NCBI GenBank assembly: GCA_010909165.1 | Contig: VJWM01000116.1 | Location: 248,001 to 312,000 of the forward strand | Length of the DNA: 64,000 nucleotides | Direction of reading: 5' to 3' | Origin: Anthoceros angustus | Taxonomy: Eukaryota; Plantae; Anthocerotophyta | In this document: positions 48,671-59,700 of the stretch, one piece after another | Layout: each line of letters begins with the position of its first letter | Position numbering within the stretch: the first letter of the stretch is position 1 | Made by a program: the position numbers and the translations under genes | The notes under the pieces: generated by a model | Databases searched by the model: none | Seen by the model: only the letters and a program-made list of their open reading frames with translations | What the model was told of the DNA's origin: nothing

Positions 48671-49194
48671 CCAACTTCAAGGAGTTATCCACTTGATAGA
48701 GGGGTTCTAGATATAGAGGAAGCCTTTGTGCCCCTAGATGGTATGGTAAACATAATCATCAATAGTTGAAAATTGTACATAATATTTTAAATTTTAAATT
48801 TTATTATTTTGAATTTTGCTTAGGGAAGGAAATGGAGGGAGGAGGGATAGAGGATAAGAATATCTTTTAGTGATATAAATAATTGTTAAATATATATTAG
48901 TACTACTACTAGGACATGAGGACATGAGGAGAAAACTATTTGGTTACCCGCTTTATACAATGTTGGGTCATTGGTTGGCTCCTACCTTGGTCCTGGCTAG
49001 TTCCTTTTGCACATGCTTGAGCAACTCCCGATAGAGCTTTTCATTGATTTCATCACATCCAGCTACTATGGAGACAGCAAAAGCGTTGGAGCTAGACAGC
49101 AAACCAGGTGAAAAAATGTCTCCTAAGTGGGTCAAAGCCCAAAGATTCCCAAAACTAACTTGGAAGGTCGAGGCTACGAGTGAAGCAGCAAGGT

Positions 49195-49325
49195 GACCGG
49201 CGTCACACGGTTGTCAAACTCCCAACAACGCGGTTTGCGTTTGCTTCCTGCCGGCCGCGGCCGTCCCTACTGTAGCAGTCAGTCTCTCGTCCCTTGTGCA
49301 TAACCATCTATAAATGACTCCCATC
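49195..49325 (+). promoter_or_regulatory. Conserved GLP upstream block with TATA box
   Basis: ccggc.tcacacgg, cccaac.acgcg, cctg.cggccgc and (c)tataaa occur in the same order upstream of GLPs at ~12487-12602, ~49195-49320 and ~51933-52040. Confidence 0.55.
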
Positions 49326-49525
49326 TTGCCCTTTCTCCTCACATTCTAGTTTCCGTGTTGCAGGCTTCCAAACATCTTTCCATCGGGTGAGCGCTGCTTC
49401 CACAAGGCCTACGATTACGGTGGGGCACAACCGGAAGATCTGTCGCAAACAAGCTTACCTTGAGGTAGTGGAAGCCTGCAAGCTGCAAGCTGCTCCTGTG
49501 CTTTTGCCAGTGTCGGCGGGCAACC

Positions 49526-50206
49526 ATGGCTCGCAATGTCGCAGCGTCGAATAATGTGAAGCTCACAGCCACGGCATTCCTGGCCGCGCTGCTCATCACT
49601 TGGATGCCCCACGTGAGTCTGGCAGCCGACGAGGACCCTCTGCAGGACTTCTGCGTCGCCCAAGCAGCAGGCACTCCCGCCATCAACGGCCTCGTCTGCA
49701 AACCAGCTGCTCAGGTGTCTGCAACCGACTTCAAATTCTCCGGACTGAACGCTCCGGGCAACACCGCCACCAAATTCAAGGCAGCAGTCACTCCCGCGTC
49801 TGTGGCTCAGTTCCCCGGCCTCAATACGCTGGGTATCTCGGCCGCCCGCATCGACTTCGCGGTGGGCGGGCTCAACCCTCCTCACTCGCACCCCAGGGCC
49901 ACCGAGCTGCTGTTCGTGGTGGAGGGCACTCTGGAGGTTGGATTCGTGTCTTCCAACGGCAACACGCTCTTCCAGCAGACGCTCAACAAGGGCGATCTTT
50001 TTGTGTTTCCCCGAGGCCTGCTTCATTTTCAGAAAAACGTTGGGTTCGCTCCAGCGTGGGCCGTCGCAGCCCTGAGCAGTCAAAATCCTGGAGTGCAACA
50101 GGCAGCTGCTGCTCTCTTCGGCTCCCCGCTGCCGTCGGATGTGCTGCAGCAAACTTTTGGAATTGATGACAAGACAGTCCAGCGGCTGGAGGCCAACCAG
50201 AAGTAG
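49526..50206 (+). CDS. Germin-like protein, intact, 226 aa, intronless
   Basis: Complete ORF with signal peptide, Cys pair (QDFCVA/GLVCK), PHSHPRATE and GLLHFQ metal ligands, and KGD motif. Confidence 0.95.
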   Translation: MARNVAASNNVKLTATAFLAALLITWMPHVSLAADEDPLQDFCVAQAAGTPAINGLVCKPAAQVSATDFKFSGLNAPGNTATKFKAAVTPASVAQFPGLNTLGISAARIDFAVGGLNPPHSHPRATELLFVVEGTLEVGFVSSNGNTLFQQTLNKGDLFVFPRGLLHFQKNVGFAPAWAVAALSSQNPGVQQAAAALFGSPLPSDVLQQTFGIDDKTVQRLEANQK

Positions 50207-52289
50207 ATGAATGGGACACCAATTGGGCCCTCACTTAGACAGTCCATCACCATAGCTTTCACTCACAGTCCAGGATGTCACACTTGGCACCTGCAGTGAT
50301 TATGTGAGTCTCGACACTTTGTACATTCCTGCCGGACCCGTGTACCCATGACTGACATTTTGATTTCATCCGTGACTGATCACGGCGGAGTGATATTTTG
50401 ATTTCAACACATTTGCAGCAAAAACCTTGGGCATGTAGGAATTGGGTTGATGCACGATAGCGGGGCGGGGGAGGGGAGGAATCCTATCAACTGGCCGTAA
50501 TAGAAGCAGAATTTGACGTACGCACAAGGCTAGGCTAGGAGCGATGCAACACCCGTTGCAAGCTTCAGAAATAGAGCGAACAGTTGCCAACTGACCAGGC
50601 AAGAATAGGGCCCAGACCAGACAATAAACCGCTACTTTCAGACCTCTACATGCAAACGGTTCAGCAAGTTCGAAATCGCAAGAGCGCACTTGTATGGATT
50701 ATGTTAGAGATTCTCCCATTGAGGGCCGGCAACTCCTTGTTATAACTTGCAGCTGGAAAATTGCAGTTGTTTGGAGTAGCTCACTTGGCTAGAGCTCATG
50801 TCTGAGTACTTCAAATATCGGAGGTCCAAGCCCTTCCTCCAGCTTATCAGTGCACCTCTTCTGCGATCTTGCATACGATTCATCCAATATCTTCGGCGGG
50901 GATTCTTGCATCTCCAGAAACTGGATTTCTGCAATTGGAGCATTGTCGCGACCAAGTTGCAGCGCCCATTTCCTGTCGGACTTCTGCAATTGGAAGCACA
51001 TAATATTTATCGAAATCAGGCGGGGAGCCACTTGAACATTATGGACATCCAACTTCCCTTTGCTGCACATTAATGTTGGTGACTTTCCTAATGTTGGTGA
51101 CTTTCCTATGGTATCATTTGTCACTTCCCTTCACTTACCCTCAGCTCATTGGGTTTCTGAAACATTTTGCGTTAGCCTTCAAACGACGGTGGGCAAGGCG
51201 CAGTACAAACTGCCGGTTGCCTGCAACCGGTTCCAGGCAACCGGCAACCGGTTCGTTCAAAATACTGCAAGCTTATCCAAGGTTCGAAGAAGGTGCGTCT
51301 ATGTAACAAATTGACTCGAAGGTTTTGGGTCTTGTGGTCTTGTGGGTGTAGAGAAGAAGAAGAAGAATATATTATAGACCGGAAGGTTTTGTGGGTCTTG
51401 TGGTCTTGTGGTCTTGTGGGTGTAGAAGAAGAAGAATATATTATAGTCTAACTTGGACGTAATTTTGCTGTCATAGGATTTGGTACTTAACAACTTGTAT
51501 CATAGTGTGCTTAAGCTACTTGCACCAAGGGCATCCACTCCGTTTAGACACTCCATCTACGTATCGATGGAAGATCAGGATGCTTAATAATGGCATTATT
51601 ATAAATGTGTGTCCATTGGCCAAAGTTACCCACTTTCAGAGCAGCTCGTGCTGTAGGTCAAGTGGTTTTCTTTCGTGGGGATAGTAGCTTTCTTTCGTGG
51701 GAATCAATTGGTGGTGTTTGGCCCTCATTCACGCAATTTCATTGATACTATTAATTAATTGAAGATTATTTGTATTATTTAAAATTTATCTTTATATTAG
51801 TTTGGATATTTTACCGCAATCTATGTAGTTATCATATTTCAGTCCCATGACGAAAATCGTTCTTAGTGGACTTCAATAAAATTCTTCTTCTTCTTCATAT
51901 GGACTAAATACTCCAAGTCAAGTTGCAACGCCACCGGCTTCACACGGTACATCGGGAGTCAAAGGCCCAACCACGCGCTTTGTTTCCTGACGGCCGCAGG
52001 ACTTCAGACTGCCGCAAGTCTATGGCCCAACCTATAAAGGACTCCGATCTTGTGCCCTTTCTCATCACATCACAGTTTCTGTTTTGTAGGCTTCCCAAGT
52101 TCCTCTCATCCGACGAGCGCTGCTTCCTCCAGTGCGATCAGCAGAATCGGGATACATACTAGGCAGCTGAAGGCTGGGAATCCTGGTTTCTTGGGAGCAA
52201 GTTTTGGGTTCTGTAGCAAGCAAGCTGACCTCCAGGTGCTGGAATCCTGCAAGCTGCTCCTGTTCTGTAGCCAGTGTTCAGGGGCATCC

Positions 52290-52963
52290 ATGGCTCGTAA
52301 CGCTGCACCGTCGAATTTGAACCTCATGGCGGCCGCATTCCTGGCCGCGCTGCTCGTCACTTGGGCGCCCCTCTTGAGTTTGGCAGCCGACGAGGACCCC
52401 CTGCAGGACTTCTGCGTTGCAGAAGTAGCCACTCCCACCATCAACGGCCTCGTCTGCAAGCCAGCTGATCAGGTATCTGCAACCGACTTCACATTCTCCG
52501 GACTGAACGCCCCCGGCAACACCGCCAACAAATTCAAGGCAGCAGTCACGCCCGCCTCCGTTGCGCAGTTCCCCGGCCTCAACACGCTGGGCATCTCGGC
52601 CGCCCGCATCGACTTCGCGGTGGGCGGGCTCAACCCTCCTCACTCGCACCCCAGAGCCACCGAGCTGCTGTTCGTGGTGGAGGGCACTCTGGAGGTTGGA
52701 TTCGTGTCTTCTAACGGCAACACGCTCTTCCAGCAGACGCTCAACAAGGGCGATCTTTTGTGTTTCCCAGAGGCCTGCTTCATTTCCAGAAGAACGTTGG
52801 GTACGCTCCAGCGTGGGCCGTCGCAGCCCTGAGCAGTCAAAATCCTGGAGTGCAACAGGCAGCTGCTGCTCTCTTCGGCTCCCCGCTGCCATCGGATGTG
52901 CTGCAGCAAACTTTCGGAATCGATGGCAAGACAGTCCACCGCCTGGAGGCCAACCAGAAGTAG
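52290..52963 (+). CDS. Germin-like protein, diverged paralogue (one homopolymer deletion)
   Basis: MARNAAPSNLNLMAAAF...DPLQDFCVA...PHSHPRATE. The C-terminus continues in ORF 52760..52963 after the same missing T. Confidence 0.87.
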
Positions 52964-53795
52964 ATGAATTCGTTACTTGGAGGCTGAGGTAGCCTGCAAC
53001 ACATGGGCCCTCCGTTAGGCTGTCCATGACTGTATAGCATTCACTTACAGCCCAGGATGTCACACCTGAAGTGATCCTGCAAGACGTTGTACATTTCTGA
53101 ACTACTCGATTTGGGTAGTGCTGACAAGCATTGAAATGCCAAGTTTAGCTCTTGAAAGTGCGTTCGGAGACCGTCGTTTTAAGAAAGATCAGCCTGACCT
53201 GTTTACCGAGACTGATGTGGGGGGAGCCATCTGTTGGATTTAGGACATCTCCAGTTAAAACCTTGGGCATGTGGGACGTGGGTTGATGCACGATAGGAGG
53301 GGGAATCCTATCGGCGGGCCATTGAAGAAGCAGGATTCGACGTACACACAGGGCTAATCACGCCAAACAGGTTGCAAGCTTCAGAGATTGGGTTAACAAA
53401 TCCCAATTGGGCAAACACCAAATGGGCCGGACAAGAATTCAGAAACCAGACAAGAACTGCTGCTTTCAGACCGCTACATACAAGTGCTTCCACGTTGAAG
53501 ACTGCACTACGGGACTAAATTTCATGGGCCAGCAAAACATGTCCGAGTGCTCACGCACCCAAGTGTGGAGGGCAGCAGGTTCAAAATTTCAAGAGCGCAG
53601 TTCTAGGGGTTATGTTGCATATTGCCTCTTCAAAACATGGTGCAGTCTGTTTGGCGGGGATTCTTGCCACGTCCGAAAGTGGACTGGTGGAATTTGTGTG
53701 CGTAATCTTGGAAGCATCGTGGCCACCGAATTCCCACGCTTTCTGCTTGAAATGGCGACGGCCATTTCCTGGAGTACACGGCAAAGGCAGACGCA

Positions 53796-55303
53796 ATGAG
53801 CAGGCTGCTCGCTTTGATTTTAGGGAAGGAGGGGAGAAGCGGGTTTGGATCTGCCTCCATAGCCGAGGAAGTGACAGCAGGCATTGACATCACAGGGCAA
53901 ACTGCCATTGTCACCGGTCGGTTGGGGACTTGTTGTCTTTGCACCTGCTCTTCAGGGATTTTCTTGCAAACACCTCAAGATTATGAACATCCAACGAAAT
54001 TCCCTTTGCTGCACTTGGGTGACAAACACCTGGGAACGAGATCATGTTGTCTTGCAGGGGGAGCGAGTGGCATTGGAGCAGAGACTGCGCGAGTTCTTGC
54101 ATTGCGAGGGGCTCAAGTGATCGTAGGAGCAAGAAATCTCAGAGCTGCTACCACCGTGAAGGACAATATTATCAAGAACGTCCCAAATGCAAAAGTGGAG
54201 TGCATGGAGCTTGACCTCAGCTCCTTGGGTTCTGTTCGGAAGTTTGCGGATCGGTTTCTGGCCACTGAACATCCTCTCAACCTCCTCATGTGAGTGGGCT
54301 TGATGGATGATGGCATGTTTCCTTGTGAAGAAACATATTCTCAAGTCAAGGAGTTTGCGTTTCAGAAACAATGCAGGTGTTATGATGTGCCCATTCCAGT
54401 TGTCGGCAGACGGGATCGAGATGCAGTTTGCCACCAACCATGTTGGTGAGTCTGCTCACCTGCTGCGTGGGCTTGTGCGTGAAGCTTGTGGTTCCTGACA
54501 CATCCAAGTGTCAACCCCAGGGCATTTCTATTTGACAAAGCTTCTTCTGAATAAGATGAAATCGACTGCCAAAGATAGTGGCATCGAAGGGCGGATTGTG
54601 ATTCTGTCCTCCTCTGCTCACACTTGTGTGTACAGAGGGGGGATCAGATTTGACAAGATCAATGCAGAGGACGGGTACAGGCAAAGCACGTCTTTCTGTA
54701 CTGCTTCTGCCAGCTTCGAGCACCTTATAATATCCTCCCAACACCCCCCTGCAGGTATAACGCTACTGCGGCATACGGCCAATCCAAGCTTGCCAATTTG
54801 CTCCACGCCAAGGAGCTGGGCAGGCGTCTGAAGGTGAGATGAAAGCCTTCTGCACACTGCAAGCAGGGTGCCATGGGACGTCTGGTCAATCCAAACTTCC
54901 TAAACTGCAGGAAGAAGGAGCCCATGTCACTGCCAATTCTGTACATCCAGGAGTTATCCACACAAACCTCATGAGACATAACCGAATAGCCATAGGTAAG
55001 CCTTCAAATCAACCTGGTCCTGCTCGGTTGTGAGAGGCTCTCTCGGTAGCTTGTCGATCCACCGGTCTGGAGTTTGCAGGCATTGGAGTGTGCTTCTGCC
55101 GTTGCCTGATGAAGACCATTCCACAAGGAGCCTCCACCACTCTCTACGTCGCCCTCCACCCAAGCCTGAAAGGAGTTACAGGCAAGTATTTCAATGACTG
55201 TAACGAAGGAAACGTAAGCAAGATGGCTGCCGACAACGATGTTAGCAGGACGCTGTGGGATTTCACGGAGCAGCTTTTATCACAGAAAGTAGTGACAACC
55301 TGA
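53796..55303 (+). CDS. Short-chain dehydrogenase/reductase, Tic32/retinol dehydrogenase-like; 7 exons
   Basis: GxSGFGSASxAEEVT N-terminus, TGGASGIG, NNAG, FATNHVGHF, YGQSK catalytic motif, ANSVHPG and [12 protein letters not shown] introns at 53917-54057, 54290-54365, 54446-54520, 54675-54754, 54834-54910 and 54996-55079. Confidence 0.92.
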
Positions 55304-55368
55304 GGACCTGCCTAAAACCGCTTCGTCGAGAAACGGGAGGGAGTTCCGGCTACGTGCACACGATTCAA

Positions 55369-55441
55369 CACCCCCGGCGGGACTCGAACCCGCAATCCCC
55401 TGATTAGAAGTCAGATGCCTTATCCATTAGGCCACGGGAGC
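55369..55441 (-). tRNA. tRNA-Arg (anticodon TCT)
   Basis: GCTCCCGTGGCCTAATGGATAAGGCATCTGACTTCTAATCAGGGGATTGCGGGTTCGAGTCCCGCCGGGGGTG folds as a cloverleaf with anticodon loop CTTCTAA and T-loop GTTCGAG. Confidence 0.93.
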
Positions 55442-56722
55442 TTTTGGAGATGATATCGTCAGATCTAAAGTTTATAAAACCAGCTAAACAAGCCTACTTC
55501 TCAATGAGTTCAGAGTGTGAATTCAATGTTGCAATGGATCCCGGGCAGAATTTGATGTGGTTAGCGTGGGCAGGATGTCTTCTATCCCGTGCACATCTGC
55601 CCGCCATTAGGGCATAGAGAGGATTCAAAACGAAGGGTAAACATAGCTGAATTTCTCGGATTTGAGAACGAAGACAGCTGTGGAGCACTAATTTGTTAGT
55701 TTCTAAGCGCACACAGATCATTGGCCTTGTTTGATCGAACAGTAGAAAGCGCAGTGACGTTGTATCCAGTGGCTATAAGTGGCGAGGAATGAATTTTGGT
55801 ATCATTTATCGTTTCCGTGAAGGAAAACGTGCTACGCTACTTGCACCACTGGCACCCTCCTTCTAAAGCCAAATGGACACCTAAAAATAATCACATAGAA
55901 CGTGCAGGAACGCAAGAGCGGGAGAGAGGTTGCAGCTTTCACTTCCAGCGTATCTCGTCGACTCGGACGCACCTGCCGAGCCGGCCCCTGCGTGCAGCTG
56001 CGTGCTGCAATCTTTGAGCTTTTGCGGGATGCACTCAGGGCTTGGATCCGCTCCCTGTGCTCACTTCTGCACGAGCCAGCAGCGTCTGCACAAAATTGGA
56101 TTCGGGGAGGAGGTCCACCGCGGCCCGGAGCTCCGTGGATATGGATGTGGATGTGGATGTGGATGAATTCACCCTCCTTGGATGAGGGCTCGCTGCGTTG
56201 GATGCCCTGAATTGCTCAACTTTTCTTTCCTGGACACCTTGGTGGATTGGTTTGTGCACCGGTGCCTGGATGTGTGGTGGGATCGGCGGTGCCGGTGCTG
56301 GGGTGTGTGGATCTGAGCTGCTGCTGTGCGTAAGCCCTCCTGAGGTGCTTGAATTGCTGGATCTGGCGGTTTCCTGCTTCTTGGTGAGCTCAGTCTGTGT
56401 TTTGCCGGTCCGTGTTGTACAGGGCCGCCGGAGCGTGGTCCAGGGGTTCGGTGGCCCAGGAGGCTGCGGCTGTGGAATTGCGGGTATGGTGGGACGGGAT
56501 TGCGGGTTGTGGGTGGTGCCGGGGCCGTGGAGCTCCGGAGGGAGGTTGCTGGCAGGAGGATGCTTGGGTAATTGCCCGTGACAAATGTGCCCATTCTCCG
56601 GTGGCGGATGGCTGCCTGCTGTGGATGTCGGGGGGCAGGGTTTTGCTGCTCCGTTGCTGGTCGGGGAAGAGGCATGTGACGAGGGAGGGCGCTGAGCTGC
56701 GTCCTGCGTGTTGGTCCCGGTC

Positions 56723-59700
56723 ATGGATCCCACGCCGGATAAGCTGCTTTGGCTTCTGCTGATTGTGGCCATAGCTGGGTGGCTTGCCTTCAATTTCTCG
56801 GCTAAAGTGGTGGGGTTGATCTTGAAGAAGGTGATCGGGTTGGTGGTGCTCCGGTTTCGGTTGGCCAGCCTCGGGTGTGTGAAGGATGTCTTTGTGCAGT
56901 TCAAGAGAGGAGGAGTCGCCTCGATCTCAATTGGAGAGCTGCGGCTCAGGAGGCACAAGCGAGGGCTTCGGAGGCTGTGGGATTGGAGGCTGCAGCTGTC
57001 TGTGGGGGACATCGAGGTTGTGATGAGGAGCTCCCAAACGGTGAAGAAGACACCAGGGAAGTCTTCGACCAGGAGGAAGAGTTCGTCTGGTCGGACCATG
57101 TTGATGGTGGTTGCCAGGATCGCGAATTACGTCAACGTCTCGTTGACGGATATTGTGATAAGGGCAAGCGACGAGCCAAAGGTGTCGGTGGAGATCAAGG
57201 ATGTTGGTCTAGACCTTTGTAAGGTGGATGGGGCAGTGGTGTCTGTAGGCGTCAAGCTGGTTGTGGTACCTCTGCACGTGTACTTAGGTGACAAGCACGT
57301 TGTCACTGATGCATCTCTTCTCGCTGGTGGAGCTGTTGGCAATGAGGGACATCAGGCGACCATGGCCTGTATTCCTCCTGTCTTTACTCTGGAAAGTACT
57401 CTGGTGGAGAGCAGCCTGTATTACGATTCTGAAGCCGGGATATCGGTGAGACAGCTGGAAGTCGTATGTGGTAATGCTATTCTACATCTAGAGGAGGCAA
57501 ATCTTCTAGGGCTTCTGAGCTTGCGAGGAAGGAAGAGCTCAGCAGAGCCCCACGGTACCGTTGGTGTCAGTGAGCTCGGTGAAGGTAGTAAGGCTGGGGA
57601 CCCAGTGCAGGGAACAGAGTCCAAGAAGGGTTCAGCTGGGTCGCCTGCACAGCGTCGGGTGATAGTATTTCCTGAGCACCTGCGGTTTCATCTGTCTATG
57701 CTTTGTATAAACTTCAGCCAGAAAGAAAGTGCTTTAATTCTGGAAAACAGGGTAATGGGCATTCAGTTACAAGGTACGAGATGCCTCTCAGCTCTGGGTG
57801 GTCAGAAGTCGCAATTGGACGTTCAGGTGGATGTGGGAGGAGTCTATCTCTTGAGAGGAAAGCAGAAGGCTCTTCTGGAGATTTTGAAAGTGGCAGTGGC
57901 AGGTTGTTTGGAGGTTCCTTCAGAAGTGCAGGAGCCTGTGAAGCTTGAGCTGGATGTGAAGTTGGGAGGTTTGCAGCTTAACATGTTCTTGACAACTATA
58001 ATGCAGTGTCTCAAGTTTGGAACTGATCTACTATCGAATGGGCAGGGTAGTCCTAAAGTTGTTTCAGCAGATCACTCTTTGCCGACAAATGAAGTTTTAA
58101 AGTCGAAATTGACTAGGAAGTTTGTTTGGGGCTGTTCTTTCTCTGCTCCGGAGCTGGCAATGACGGTTTCAGGTTCAGATGACTCTCAAATTTTTCAATC
58201 CAGCTCCCAAACAGGTCACCTTTACTTGAACTCGATGACTTCCAAAGGACTAACGTGTCACTGTGAACTGGGTGAAATCCAAATCACGTCTGTTGAATAT
58301 GTATCAAGCAGATTAGGAAGCTGCCTGCCAGCAGAGGATGAGAATGACTGTTGTTGGATGAGGCTGTCTCACCTGGAGGTGGAATGGGGAGTCACTGAAT
58401 CCGATCCCAATGCTAAGTTGATGGTGGTTGTGAAGGGCAGAGTATGTGCATTGTTTGTCACCCTAGATCGTTTGCAAACCATCCTGCTTTGCAGCTCAGA
58501 CTTTGAGAGGTCATTGAAGCAGGTAGCATCTGCTATGCGGAAAAGCAGACCGAAGAGCAGGGGAACAGTTGGGCCTCGTAGGCGCAGTGGTCTTAGGAAT
58601 GTGAAGCTCAGATTGGATGGTTTTACACTTCATTTTTCTGAGCCCCACCAAGTACACAGCACGAATGTTCTGGATCCCAAGAAGTTTAATTATGGCGAGC
58701 CATTGGGTCAGATAATAATCACAAAGATGCCTGATGGGCGCCCTCGTGAAGCAAGGGTGTTTGCTGAGCTAAATGGCTCGGAGGAATCGATGATCAACTG
58801 TCAAGTGCTTGCTGAGATCACAAGCTTTGAATTCTGTATTGATAAGGATGCAGAAAGTATAATGGTGCACATCATTCGTGGACATGTTGATTATCAAGAG
58901 CTACAGCCTGAAGTACGTCCACCTGTTCATGTTGTTACCCTTTTATCAGCAGATGAAGCGTCGCTCTCTCTGACTCAGGGAAATCAAGCTCAGCTAACTG
59001 GATCGAAGGTCACTTGTTGTTGGACGCCAGATGTCCATCTTTTTGGTGGTCAAGTACTTTTGGACGTGAAGAATTTGCTAGATTTGAGGAAAAGGATCGG
59101 AGTTCGTGTTGGTGCATATCCTGTGGAACCCAAAGCAGTTGGTGAGATCTCTGTTGATATGGCAGGTAAGACGAAGGAGAATATTTCTGAACTGGACAAG
59201 CGTGGGAAGCCTAAACTGCGGCTGTCTCTTGGTATAAAGGGGTTTGGACTTACAGCTGATCTTGCGGATGGAGTTACGCTCAAGGTGCATGCTGATACCT
59301 TATCATCTGAAAGTGCAGCAACTGAGGTTTCCGTGGGAAATGTGGAAGTCCGTTTCAATAATTCTAAGGTTCTTGGGGCCTGCAGTCTGAAAATTTCAAA
59401 GATCCCCTTCATGTCAAGTGAAGCTTGCGAGCCCACTGCTGGGACTGTTGCTGTTGTTCAAACGAGGCAGGACTGGGAATGGGTTGTGGAAGGTAGAGGT
59501 GTCAGGTTGACCTTAGCATATGGGTTGCAGCTAAGAGCAATAGAGGATGCTGTCGAGGATATGTGGAGGGGGTTGAAGCTGGCACTGGCTGCTCAGAAGT
59601 CTAGAATACGTCCTGGGCAGCCAAGTCAACTGCCCAAACAAAAAGCAGCGGGATCCGCTTCTGTCGCAGCAATCAGGTTTGTCGTGGATGATATCTTAGC

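Noticed and set aside
50740-51124. Minus-strand ORFs as a transposase fragment
   Set aside because: No diagnostic catalytic or dimerisation motif could be identified by eye.
56035-57099. 354-aa minus-strand ORF
   Set aside because: Pro/Ser/Thr-rich antisense shadow of the SABRE 5' region and GC-rich leader.
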